From Candidatus Nitrospinota bacterium M3_3B_026 (GTDB lineage Bacteria > Nitrospinota_A > UBA7883 > JBPRGF01), in assembly GCA_051418015.1 (NCBI GenBank), contig JBPRGF010000026.1, positions 1-64,000 on the forward strand: DNA of 64,000 nucleotides, written 5' to 3'. The notes under the pieces were generated by a model. The model was not told the DNA's origin. It saw only the letters and a list, made by a program, of their open reading frames with translations, and did not search any database. This document shows positions 31,836-42,000 of this stretch, piece by piece. Each line of letters starts with the position of its first letter. Positions within the stretch are counted from its first letter, which is position 1. A program made the translations under genes and the position numbers.

Positions 31836-33115
31836 CGGAAAACGGCCCTGCGTCCTATGTCCTTCCTGTACACGGCCCCGTCCCAGCTTATCCTGGAGAC
31901 CGCCGCGTAGACCGTGTCGATGGCGTCCTGGATCGCCTCCCCCACGGCGGTGACGCCGAGGACGCGCCCGCCCGCGGTCATCACCTTCCCGTCCTCCGAA
32001 AGCTTCGTTCCCGCGTGGAAGACGGAGACGCCCTCCATCGCCTCCGCCTCCTCCAGGCCGTGTATCACCTTCCCCTTCTCATACTGGCCGGGGTAGCCCT
32101 TCGAGGCCATGACCACGCAGACGGCGTGTTTATCAGACCACGAAAGCTCCACGCCGGAAAGGTCCCCCTTCGCGCAGGCGAGGAGGACGGGGACGATGTC
32201 GCTTTCCATCCGCGTCATTATCGGCTGGCATTCAGGATCGCCGAACCGGCAGTTGAACTCCAAAACCTTCGGGCCGTCCTCGGTTATCATCAGCCCGGCG
32301 TAGAGGACGCCCCGGTAGGGTCTGCCTCTGGCCTCCATCGCCTCCAGGGTCTTGCGGATTATGTTTTTTTCGACCCACCGGCCCATCTCCTCCGTGATGA
32401 CCGGCGCGGGCGAATAAGCCCCCATGCCGCCGGTGTTCGGGCCGGTGTCTCCCTCGCCGATCCTCTTGTGATCCTGGCTGGAGGGCATCATGATGTAGTT
32501 CTCCCCGTCGAGGAAGGCCATGATGGAAGCCTCCTCGCCTTCCAGAGCCTCCTCCAGGATTATTTTCGCTCCCGCCTCGCCGAACCTTTTCCGGGTCATC
32601 ATCTCGTCGATGGCGGCCTCGGCCTCGGCCCTGGATCCCGCCACCACGACGCCCTTGCCGGCGGCCAGCCCATCGGCTTTCACCACCACCTTCTCGCCGA
32701 AGCGGTCCAGCGCGGCCATGGCCGTCTCCCTGTCGACGCTCGCCTCGTAGCGCGCCGTGGGGACGCCGGCCTCCCTCAAAAGCTCCTTCATGAAAATCTT
32801 CGAGCCTTCAAGCTCCGCCGCCTTCTTCGACGGGCCGAAAGCCAGGAGCCCCGCCTCCTGGAAAGCGTCCACGATCCCCCCAACCAGCGGCGCCTCGGGC
32901 CCGACGACGGCAAGGTCTATCGATTTCTCTTTCGCGAGCTTTACGAGCCCGGCGACATCCTCCGCGCCCAGCGGGACGTTCTCGGCCACCCGCGCCGTCC
33001 CTGCGTTGCCCGGGGCGGCGTAAATTTTCTCTACCAGCGGGCTTTCCGATATCTTCCAGGCCAGGGCGCTCTCCCGCCCCCCGCCTCCGGCCACCAGTAT
33101 GTTCAGTCTGTCCAC
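31832..33115 (-). CDS. purD: phosphoribosylamine-glycine ligase
   Basis: GGGGRE, VGPEAPL, KADGLAAGKGV, QDHKR..GDTGPNTGGMG, EFNCRFGDPE. Confidence 0.97.
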   Translation of the reverse strand: MDRLNILVAGGGGRESALAWKISESPLVEKIYAAPGNAGTARVAENVPLGAEDVAGLVKLAKEKSIDLAVVGPEAPLVGGIVDAFQEAGLLAFGPSKKAAELEGSKIFMKELLREAGVPTARYEASVDRETAMAALDRFGEKVVVKADGLAAGKGVVVAGSRAEAEAAIDEMMTRKRFGEAGAKIILEEALEGEEASIMAFLDGENYIMMPSSQDHKRIGEGDTGPNTGGMGAYSPAPVITEEMGRWVEKNIIRKTLEAMEARGRPYRGVLYAGLMITEDGPKVLEFNCRFGDPECQPIMTRMESDIVPVLLACAKGDLSGVELSWSDKHAVCVVMASKGYPGQYEKGKVIHGLEEAEAMEGVSVFHAGTKLSEDGKVMTAGGRVLGVTAVGEAIQDAIDTVYAAVSRISWDGAVYRKDIGRRAVFR

Positions 33116-33136
33116 TTTCCCCGCGCTCCCGTCAGG

Positions 33137-34180
33137 TTAAAGCCTGCGCGCCTCTTCCATGAGCGCCTCGGCCAGCTCGTCTTCCTTCACCTTGCGGACT
33201 ATCTCGCCCTTCCTGAAGATCAGCCCCACCCCGTCGCCGCCTGCCAGGCCGATGTCCGCCTCCCGCGCCTCGCCGGGGCCGTTCACTACGCACCCCATCA
33301 CCGCCACTTTGAGCGGCTTGTCGAGCCTGGCAAGCTCCGCCTCCACCTCGGCGGCCAGCCTGAAAAGGTCTATCTTCAGCCTGCCGCAGGTGGGGCACGA
33401 TATCAACTCCGGCCCCACCCGGCGAACCCCGGAGGCTTTCAGTATCTCGTAGGCCGCCTTCACCTCCTCCACCGGGTCGCCGGTCAGCGATACGCGTATT
33501 GTATCGCCGATGCCGTCCATGAGAAGAGCGCCGATCCCCACGGCGGACTTTATGGCCCCCGTCCAGGGCGTCCCCGCCTCGGATACCCCCACGTGGAAAG
33601 GATAGTCCACGACATCGGCCAGAGCCTTGTACGCGGCCACGGTGACGGGGACGCTGGAGGCTTTGAGGGATATCTTTATCTCGCGAAAGCCCAGGTCCTC
33701 CAGTATTCGGACATGCCCCATGGCCGATTCGACCATCGCCTCCGCCGTGGGACCGCCGTATTTGGCCAGCATGTCACGTCCCAGCGACCCGGCGTTGACG
33801 CCGATCCTGATCGGCGCGCCCCTCTCCGCGGCGGCTTTCACTACCTGCTCCACCTTCCAGCGCGCGCCTATGTTCCCGGGGTTCAGGCGCAGCCCGTCCG
33901 CGCCTTGATTTAAAGATTCGAGCGCCAGCCGGTAGTCGAAGTGTATGTCGGCGACGAGGGGTATGTTGATCCTCTTCTTTATCCCGGCTATGCTCCTTGC
34001 GGCGTCCATGTCGGGGACGGCGGCGCGGACGATCTCGCAGCCGGCCGCTTCGAGCCTTGACACCTGCGCGGCGGCGCCTTCCACGTCCCGCGTGTCCGTT
34101 TTTGTCATCGACTGGACGCTCACGGGCGCTCCGCCGCCGATCTCCACACCTCCGACACTGATCCGCCTGGACTTTCTCAT
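33137..34180 (-). CDS. ispG: HMBPP synthase (GcpE)
   Basis: [47 protein letters not shown]. Confidence 0.97.
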   Translation of the reverse strand: MRKSRRISVGGVEIGGGAPVSVQSMTKTDTRDVEGAAAQVSRLEAAGCEIVRAAVPDMDAARSIAGIKKRINIPLVADIHFDYRLALESLNQGADGLRLNPGNIGARWKVEQVVKAAAERGAPIRIGVNAGSLGRDMLAKYGGPTAEAMVESAMGHVRILEDLGFREIKISLKASSVPVTVAAYKALADVVDYPFHVGVSEAGTPWTGAIKSAVGIGALLMDGIGDTIRVSLTGDPVEEVKAAYEILKASGVRRVGPELISCPTCGRLKIDLFRLAAEVEAELARLDKPLKVAVMGCVVNGPGEAREADIGLAGGDGVGLIFRKGEIVRKVKEDELAEALMEEARRL

Positions 34181-34313
34181 TCCCCTATTCTAGCAGGTCG
34201 CCGAAAAAGCCGTTAAACGTCCCCTTAAACCTTTCGTGGCGGCCGGCCGAAAGTTTGCTCCCCGCCCCGCTTTCACATATAATCGCCCGTGCCGTTTAAC
34301 CCTTGCTCATGCC

Positions 34314-34871
34314 ATGGAAGAAAACATACGCGCGAAGCTGCTGGAAGCCATCAGGGCGAAAGCCTACAAGACGGGAGAGTTCACCCTCGCCTCGGGCGAG
34401 AAGTCGAGCTATTACATAGACCTCAAGGAGGTCACCCTCGACGCCGCGGGGGCGCTGCTTACCGGCAGGGCCGTCTACGGGGTCATGAAAGACTGGGGCG
34501 CGGACGCCGCCGGGGGCATGGAGCTTGGCGCCGTTCCCATATCAACGGCGGTGAGTCTCGTGTCGGCCCTCGAGGGCGGAGCGGTCTCCAGCTTCATCGT
34601 CAGGAAAAAGGTCAAGGGCCATGGCGCCGGGAAAAGGATCGAGGGCGCCGTGGGGCCGGGCTCGAGGGTTGTGGTGGTGGAGGACGTGGTCAGCACCGGC
34701 GGCTCCAGCCTGAAGGCCGTGGAGGCTTTGCGGGAGGCCGGGGCGGAGATAGTCGGCGTTGTCCCGGTCGTGGACAGGGAGATGGGCGGCCGGGAGGTCT
34801 TCGAGAATAGAGGACTCCGTTACAGTCCCGTCTTCACGCTCTCCGATATCAAGGGCTCCGGCGGGCCGTGA
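34314..34871 (+). CDS. pyrE: orotate phosphoribosyltransferase
   Basis: FTLASG..S.YYID, VRKKVKGHG, VVEDVVSTGGS. Confidence 0.93.
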   Translation: MEENIRAKLLEAIRAKAYKTGEFTLASGEKSSYYIDLKEVTLDAAGALLTGRAVYGVMKDWGADAAGGMELGAVPISTAVSLVSALEGGAVSSFIVRKKVKGHGAGKRIEGAVGPGSRVVVVEDVVSTGGSSLKAVEALREAGAEIVGVVPVVDREMGGREVFENRGLRYSPVFTLSDIKGSGGP

Positions 34872-34955
34872 GGCGGATAGGCCCGCAAAAGCCTTGACCG
34901 GCGCGCCCCGGGGGCTGATCTTAGATATAGAGACAACAGCCTTCCCGGAGGCGGT

Positions 34956-35780
34956 ATGACCACGGTCAGGAAACCGGCGGTGGCGGGGTATTTCTACCCC
35001 GGGATGAAAAGCTCCATAGAAGCCCAGATGAAGGCCTTCGACGTCTCGGGCGTCGAGAAAGGGCCCGCTTACGGCCTCGTGGTCCCTCATGCCGGACACA
35101 AGTATTCCGGCCCGGTGGCGGCCAGGGTCTACGCCAGCGTCGAGGCGGCGGGAACGATCGTGATGCTCGGGCCGAACCACGGAGCGGGGGCGGGGTTCCT
35201 GGAGCCACCAAAAGCGGCGCTCATGGCCGAGGGTGAATGGGAGCTTCCCACAGGCGATGTCCCCGTGGACGACGGGCTGGCCGCCGATCTGCTGGCCGAG
35301 GCGCCCCTTTTGTCCGGCGCGCCGTGGGCCCACGAGGCCGAGCACTGCCTGGAGGTGCAGCTGCCGTTCGTACAGTATTTCATGGGCGGCGTCCGCATCG
35401 TCCCCATCCTGCTCTCCGGCCTCACGGACGCGGAGGCGCTGGAGCTTGGCGAAGGAATCGCCCGGGGAATAGAACACTCCGGCAGGGACGCCATGCTCCT
35501 TGCCAGCACGGATTTCTCCCACTATGTGCCCCACGAGCTGGCCCGGGCGCAGGACATGAAGGCCATCGAGAAAATCATGGCGCTGGACGCGAAAGGCCTG
35601 CTGGAGGTGGTCCGGCGCGAGCGGATTTCGATGTGCGGCTATCTGCCGACGGCGGTTGTGATGGAAGCGTGCAGGCGGCTCGGCGCGAAGGAGGCGGTTC
35701 TCATAGACTACCAGACCTCCGGAGAAACCAGCGGGGACTATTCAAGCGTGGTCGGGTACGGCGGGCTGGTGATACGCTGA
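34956..35780 (+). CDS. amrB: MEMO1 family / AmmeMemoRadiSam protein B
   Basis: RKPAVAGYFYP, PHAGHKYSG, GPNH, EHCLEVQLPF, STDFSHY, SMCG, VVGY. Confidence 0.9.
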   Translation: MTTVRKPAVAGYFYPGMKSSIEAQMKAFDVSGVEKGPAYGLVVPHAGHKYSGPVAARVYASVEAAGTIVMLGPNHGAGAGFLEPPKAALMAEGEWELPTGDVPVDDGLAADLLAEAPLLSGAPWAHEAEHCLEVQLPFVQYFMGGVRIVPILLSGLTDAEALELGEGIARGIEHSGRDAMLLASTDFSHYVPHELARAQDMKAIEKIMALDAKGLLEVVRRERISMCGYLPTAVVMEACRRLGAKEAVLIDYQTSGETSGDYSSVVGYGGLVIR

Positions 35781-35792
35781 CAGGGGGCGTTT

Positions 35793-36185
35793 TTACCTGT
35801 TTTTCAGGACGGCGGCCGAGGAGTAGACCCCGTAAATGGAGAAAAGGGCGCCGATGAGAAACTCCGAAAAGCTCGCCGAGCCCACGGCGCGGACGATGAA
35901 CCACCCGCCCAGAACGACCAGCGCGGCGCCCAAGGAGAGAGTGAACAGCCTTGAGGCCAGCCTGCCCGCCGAGTAGGAGGCTTTCCGGCCCTTGATCTTG
36001 TAGCGCCACTTGACGGTCTCCATCGCCCGGCGGAGCCTTTCGGCCACCGGGGGCTTGCTGGAGAGGGGGACGCCGCAGAAAGAACACACCGATGCGTCCA
36101 TCTTGTGCGGACATCCGCACTGTGGACAGGTCTGGTACCTGTCGGTAGCGTCGGGCGATCCTCGCCGTCCAGGGTCTGCGGGCAT
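35793..36185 (-). CDS. hypothetical zinc-ribbon membrane protein
   Basis: CPQC...CSFC plus two C-terminal hydrophobic helices; directly downstream of the hda-like gene. Confidence 0.6.
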   Translation of the reverse strand: MPADPGRRGSPDATDRYQTCPQCGCPHKMDASVCSFCGVPLSSKPPVAERLRRAMETVKWRYKIKGRKASYSAGRLASRLFTLSLGAALVVLGGWFIVRAVGSASFSEFLIGALFSIYGVYSSAAVLKNR

Positions 36186-36189
36186 AAGG

Positions 36190-36912
36190 CTATTCCAAGG
36201 CCTCCTTAATTAGGTTTATACTGACTTTGCGCCCGGTTGTCAAGGAATACCGGTCCACCCTCTCGAGCGCCTCCATCAGGCTTTCGGGGTCCCTCGGCAG
36301 GCGTGTTACAAGCCACCGGGCGGCGGCCTCCGGCAGGACGAACCCCGCGTCCGAGGCCATTTTCACCAGGGCGGCGGACATCCCCTCGTCCCCCACGGGC
36401 TCCAGCCTGAGCACCTGCCCCCAGAGAAGGCGTGTCTTGAGATGGTCGTTGAAAATCCACCGGGAGGGCGCCGCCTCGACGGCCGCGGCGATCCTCCCCC
36501 CTCCCTCCGCCACGGCGTTGTAGAGGTGGAACACCTGCTCCTCGGCGGCCTTGTCCCCGGCCGCGAGGTCCAGGTTGTCCATGGCCAGGAAGGCGGCGTT
36601 CTCGTATTTCGCCGTGAACCGCTTTATCCTTTCGTAGGCGCCCGCTTCCATCGTCTTCTCCGCCAGGACGCCCACGTCGAGGTAGAGGGCAGCGCCGCCG
36701 CCCGCCAGCTCCTTCACCCTCCTGCCCATGGCCGACAGCAGGTGTGTCTTGCCCGCGCCCCTCGGGCCGTGGAGAGCAAGGCTTTTCGGCTGGCCCGGCG
36801 CGCCCTCGGCGAAGGCCCGGCATAGCCTGAGGGTCTTTGCGTTCCTGCCGTCGCTTGCGAAGTTTTCGAAGCTGTCCTTCCTGTGGGCCGGAAAGGGGAA
36901 CTTAAGCTGCAT
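36190..36912 (-). CDS. hda: DnaA regulatory inactivator Hda-like AAA+ protein
   Basis: N-terminal QLKFPF clamp motif, SFENF, GPRGAGKTHL, DNLD, FHLYN, LKTRL.WG, RLPRD. Confidence 0.85.
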   Translation of the reverse strand: MQLKFPFPAHRKDSFENFASDGRNAKTLRLCRAFAEGAPGQPKSLALHGPRGAGKTHLLSAMGRRVKELAGGGAALYLDVGVLAEKTMEAGAYERIKRFTAKYENAAFLAMDNLDLAAGDKAAEEQVFHLYNAVAEGGGRIAAAVEAAPSRWIFNDHLKTRLLWGQVLRLEPVGDEGMSAALVKMASDAGFVLPEAAARWLVTRLPRDPESLMEALERVDRYSLTTGRKVSINLIKEALE

Positions 36913-37026
36913 TTTTCAATGATGGAGCCTGAATTTTTCCGGGTTTGTTGAAAAAGCCCCGGCGCGGGAAGAGAAAAAGCCCGCGAAAGGCCTTGACAAA
37001 CCTCGCCCTTCTCGTAAACGCTTTGT

Positions 37027-37148
37027 TATCAAAGGGTTGCGATATCGCCGCATTTTTGGGCAATCTGTTATAAATCGTTAATTTTTAATTATTTTTTAAT
37101 CCTCGCCCCCCGGTTTTCAACAGCTCTTTCCACAGCTTTTGTGGAAGA
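37027..37148. promoter_or_regulatory. IHF consensus site, AT-rich tract and three DnaA-box-like 9-mers
   Basis: TATCAAAGGGTTG (37027-37039) matches WATCAANNNNTTR; 31/33 A+T at 37068-37100; TTTTCAACA 37114, CTTTCCACA 37126, TGTGGAAGA 37140. Confidence 0.55.
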
Positions 37149-37185
37149 TCGGCCCGGCCGCGGAAAAACCGTATCCGGACCCTTG

Positions 37186-37214
37186 TTGACCGTGAGGGCG
37201 TCCGGGACTAGAAT
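37186..37214 (+). promoter_or_regulatory. sigma70-like promoter for mutL
   Basis: TTGACC-N17-TAGAAT. Confidence 0.7.
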
Positions 37215-37235
37215 AGCAGAAAAACCCCGGACGAC

Positions 37236-39074
37236 ATGGAAAACACGACCTGCCGCGCATCCCACGAAAGCACAGTGAGAGTCCTGTCCGACGGCGTGGC
37301 CAACCAGATCGCCGCCGGGGAGGTGGTGGAGCGTCCCGCCTCCATCGTGAAGGAGCTTCTGGAGAACTCCCTGGACGCCGGGGCGGGGTCGCTGGGCGTC
37401 TTTTTGCGAAACGGCGGCAAGTCCCATATCGAGGTGGTCGACGACGGGTCGGGGATGGGGCGCGACGACGCCCTGGCCGCCTTCGAGCGGCACGCCACAA
37501 GCAAGATAAGCGGCGCGGAGGATCTGAAGGCCATATCCACCCTCGGTTTCCGCGGCGAGGCGCTGCCGTCGATAGCGTCGGTGACAAGGCTCTCCCTGAC
37601 CACCTGCGTGGCGGACGCCACTTCCGGCGTCGAGGTGGCGGTGGAGGGGGGCAGGCTGCTGGATGTGAGAGAAGCGCCCCCCATCCCCGGGACGAGGGTC
37701 GAGGCGCGGGACCTTTTTTTCAACACCCCCGCCAGGCGCAAGTTTTTGAGGTCGGAGGCCGTGGAGGCCGGGCACATCCAGGAGGCGGTGATACGCCAGG
37801 CCCTGGCCCGGCCCGGGGCCGCCTTCAGGCTTGTCAGGGACGGCAGGCCGGTAATGGACGCCCCGGCCGTTTCGGGCGAGGACGCTCTTTTCGACAGGAT
37901 CGCCGCCCTTTTCGGGCGGGGGATACTCTCCGAGATCACCCCGGTCGCCCATGAAAGCTCGGGGATGCGCCTCTCCGGCTTCATATCGAAGCCCGGCCTT
38001 TCGAGGTCCAGGGGCAGGCTCCAGTACATCTACGTCAACGGGCGCTACCTGCGGGACAGGTCGATAGGCCGGGCCCTGGTGGAGGGATACCGCTCCCTTC
38101 TGCCGAAAGGCAGGAGCCCCGTGGCCTTCCTGTTTCTCGAGATACCCCCGGAGAGGGTGGACGTGAACGTCCATCCGGCCAAGACGGAGGCGCGGTTCGC
38201 CGACGGGTGGGCCGTTTTCCGCCTGGTCAGGGAGGGGGTCTTCGAGGCGCTGAGGGGCTCGAGGGGCGGAGCGGGGCGGGCCGAGCCGGAGCCGCCCGCC
38301 GGCGAAGGGGCGGAGAAGGCTGTTTCGGAGGACGGGCCGTGGGGCGTTACGGCCGGTCCCTTGAGGCGCAGGCCCTCTTTTCGCGAGCCCGTGGCCTCCT
38401 TGGAGCGGGAGGAGGCGGAGAGCCCCGCCGTGGGCGGTTTTCCGGAGGGCGCTGTCCGCGAGGCGCCGGACCTTTTCCGCTCCGGGCCTTCGTCTTTCTC
38501 CGGAGTGAGGGCCGTGGGCCAGATATTCGACTCGTTCATCCTCGTGGAGGAGGGCGGCCGCCTTCTTTTGCTGGACCAGCACACGGCCCACGAGCGGATA
38601 CTTTACGAAAGCCTGACCAGGAAATACAGGGAGGGGAGAGTAGACGCCCAGGAGCTTCTGTTCCCGGTGGAGGTGGAGCTTTCGCCCCGGGACGCGGCCC
38701 ACATCAAGGGGCGGCTCGACGACCTTGAGAGGCTGGGGATAGTTTTGGAGGAGTTCGGGGAAGGCTTTTTCACCCTGCGCCGTGTTCCGTCCATCCTGGC
38801 CGGAGCCGACCTTGGGGCCGTTGTCATGGAGATAGCCGGGCGGGCGGCCCTTTTCGACGACGGGGCGGGGCTCGACCGGCTGGCGGAGGAGGCCATAAAC
38901 ATAATGGCCTGCAGAGGCGCCGTGAAGGCCGGTCAGAGGCTCGACAAGAGGGAGATAACGGCGCTGGTGGAAAGGCTCGAGGGGCTTGACCTGCCTTATA
39001 CATGCCCCCACGGACGGCCCGTGGCCCTCGCCGTGGACAGGGAAGAGATCCTCAGGATGTTCATGAGAAAATAA
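37236..39074 (+). CDS. mutL: DNA mismatch repair endonuclease MutL
   Basis: NQIAAGEVVERPAS, GFRGEAL, DVNVHPAK, DQHTAHERILYE, ACR, CPHGRP. Confidence 0.97.
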   Translation: MENTTCRASHESTVRVLSDGVANQIAAGEVVERPASIVKELLENSLDAGAGSLGVFLRNGGKSHIEVVDDGSGMGRDDALAAFERHATSKISGAEDLKAISTLGFRGEALPSIASVTRLSLTTCVADATSGVEVAVEGGRLLDVREAPPIPGTRVEARDLFFNTPARRKFLRSEAVEAGHIQEAVIRQALARPGAAFRLVRDGRPVMDAPAVSGEDALFDRIAALFGRGILSEITPVAHESSGMRLSGFISKPGLSRSRGRLQYIYVNGRYLRDRSIGRALVEGYRSLLPKGRSPVAFLFLEIPPERVDVNVHPAKTEARFADGWAVFRLVREGVFEALRGSRGGAGRAEPEPPAGEGAEKAVSEDGPWGVTAGPLRRRPSFREPVASLEREEAESPAVGGFPEGAVREAPDLFRSGPSSFSGVRAVGQIFDSFILVEEGGRLLLLDQHTAHERILYESLTRKYREGRVDAQELLFPVEVELSPRDAAHIKGRLDDLERLGIVLEEFGEGFFTLRRVPSILAGADLGAVVMEIAGRAALFDDGAGLDRLAEEAINIMACRGAVKAGQRLDKREITALVERLEGLDLPYTCPHGRPVALAVDREEILRMFMRK

Positions 39075-39086
39075 CGGCCTTTTTCG

Positions 39087-42000
39087 TCATGCGCCGCCCT
39101 GGCGGGCGGCGAGGGCCGCCTTTATCTCGGCGAATCTTGACTTCAACTCCTCCAATGCCTTTTCGGCTCCGGCGATGTCCTTCTCCCGTCCCTTCCTCTC
39201 CAGCCGTTCCGCCACGCCGGTCAGCGCCACGGCCTCGAACTGCGAGGCGGTCCCCTTGATGAGGTGCGCCTGGCTCTCGACGCCGCTGAAGTCCCCGGCG
39301 GCCAGGGCGGCCTCCGCGGCGGCTATGCTTTTCGAGGCGGAGTCCGCGAAAATGGTGAAAAGCTCCTCCAGGCCGTCGGCGCCGAAGATCAGCCGCAACT
39401 CCTCGAGGTCGAAAAGCCCCTCCAGCCCGGGGCCGCCGTCCGCGTCCCGGGCGCGGCGGGGGGAGACTCTGCCGATTTTTTCGGCCATGTCCTTTATCTT
39501 AATAGGTTTGGGGATGTAGTCGTCCATGCCCGCCTCGAGACACATCTCCCTGTCGCCCTTCATGGCCCTTGCGGTGAGGGCGATTATTGGGATGCGTTCG
39601 CCCCTTGTTTTTTCTTTTTCGCGGATGGCCCTGGCCGCCTGGAACCCGTCCATCTCCGGCATCTGCACATCCATCAGGACAAGGTCGAAGTCCCCCTTCT
39701 CCCACATCTCCACGGCCTCTTTTCCGTTTTCAGCCACGGCCACCCTGTGCCCCATCTTCTCCAGGGTCCTCTCGGCGACCCTGAGGTTGACCGGGTTGTC
39801 CTCGGCCAGCAGTATGTCGAGGCCGCCCTTGGCGAGGGGCGGCAGCCGCTCCGGGCCGCGTTTTCCGTCCTCTGCGCCGCTGAGGCCGAGGACGTCCAGG
39901 ATGGCGTTGTGCAGGTCTTTGCGCTTTACAGGTTTCGGCAGACGCGCGTCCGCTCCTTTCCCGCTGTCCTTTTTCGCCCTGTCCGGCCCGGCGGAGGTAA
40001 GCAGGATCACCTTCAGGGAGCGCAGCGCAGGGTCGCGCCTTATCCGTTCGATCACCTCCCGTCCGTTCAGGCCCGGCATCTTCTGGTCCAGCAGGACAAG
40101 GCCGAACGGCGCTCCCCGCGCCACGGCCTCGGCGAGGACGCGCAGGGCCTCTTCTCCGCTCGCGCTCTCCGCGGCCTCCACGCCCCAGCGCGACAGGAGC
40201 CCGCCCAGTATCTTTCTGTTGGCCCGGTTGTCGTCCACCACCAGCGCCCGGACGGAGCGCAACCTTTTTTCGATTCTGGCGCTGTCCTCCGGCGCCGGCG
40301 TCTCCTCCTTTTCATTCTCATTGATCTTGAAAGGGGCGGTGAAATAGAACCTGCTGCCCTCGCCGGGCCTGCTCTGAAGCCATATCCGGCCGCCGAGAAG
40401 CTCCACGACCCTTTTCGCTATGGTGACGCCGAGGCCCGTCCCGCCGAACCTGCGGGTGGTTGAGCTGTCGGCCTGGGTGAAGCTTTCGAATATCCTTTCC
40501 TGCTGGTCCTCCGGTATGCCTATGCCCGTGTCCCTGACCATGAAAAGCATGACGGCGCGCCCGTCCCCGTCCTTCTCGATGTTCGCGCCAAGCTCCACCT
40601 CCCCCCGCTCCGTGAACTTTACGGCGTTCGCCAGCAGGTTGTTTATCACCTGTTTCAGGCGGGCCTGGTCGCCGATCAGGGAGTCGGGGACGCCCGGGTC
40701 CACGGAGACCATTATCTCGAGCCCCTTGCGCTGGGCGTGGGCGGCCATCGGCTCGGCGCTTTTCTCCAGGACTTCCCGGAGGCGGAAGGGCGCCTCCTCC
40801 AGCTCCAGCTTGCCCGCCTCGATCTTGGAGAAGTCGAGTATCTCGTTTATCACCTCGAGCAGCGTTTCTCCCGAGGAGAGCGCCATCTCCAGATACTCCC
40901 TCTGCTCCTCCGTCAGGTCCGTGCCGAGGGCCAGCTCCGTCATGCCTATGACGGCGTTGAGGGGGGTGCGTATCTCGTGGCTCATGTTGGCCAGAAACTC
41001 GGACTTGGCCCGGCTCGCCGCCTCGGCCCTTTCCATGGCGTCTTTCGTGTTCTGCTCGGCCAGCTTGCGGTCGGTTATGTCCGTGGCGATCTCGAGGCGG
41101 ACGATCCTGTCGTCCACCCATCTTATCGCCCGGTCGCTTATCTTGTACCACCGTCCGTTGGCGGTGTTCTGGAACTCCCACTCGTAGAGCCCCGACGGCT
41201 GGCCGCCGGGGCTGAGCAGCTTGTCGTTGGTGCAGAAAGAGCAGGGGCCGTCCTGCCCCGCCTGGAAGGTCTTCCAGCAGGTTTTCCCGATGACGTCGCC
41301 GAATATCTCCCTGACGAACTTATTGGCGAAGAGGATGTCGTAGTTGTCCATGTCCGCCACGTATACCGCCGCGGCGAGGCTGTCCATGACGGTGGCGAAG
41401 GTTTCGTTGGACTGTTTGATCGCCTCGGCGGCCCTCCTGGCCTGGGTGATGTCCTTGGCGATGCCGTGCGCGCCGATTATGCGCCCGTTCACGACGAGGG
41501 GCATGATGGAGACGTCGAGGTCCACCTTGCCGCCGTTTTTGTCCAGGATGGCCGTCTCCAGCCGTTGGGGCCGCCCGCCGAGAACGCCGGCGAAGGCCGC
41601 CTCGGCCTTTTCCATGTCATCCGGCGCCACGAGGTCCCTGAAGTTCAGCTCCCGCGCCTCGCTCTCGCTGTATCCGCTTATCCTCTCCGCGGCGGGGTTT
41701 ATCATGGTGACCCATCCTTCGAGGTCGAGCGAGAAGACGGCGTCGGGGTTATACAGATAAAGCGCCCGCAGCCTCTCCTCGTTTTCCATGAGGGTCTCCT
41801 TGACCCTCATGTTCTCCGTGATGTCGAGCGAGTAGCCGATCATCCCCACAGGGTTTCCCGCCCGGCCGCGGATCATGGAAAGGGAAAGGTGGGCGTAGAA
41901 AGTCTCGCCGGACTTTCTGACCATCCGGACCTCCACCTCGTGGGCGCCCTTTTCCTTCAGCGGGGCGATGACGCCGCGTTCGAGAAAATCGTGGTCCCGC

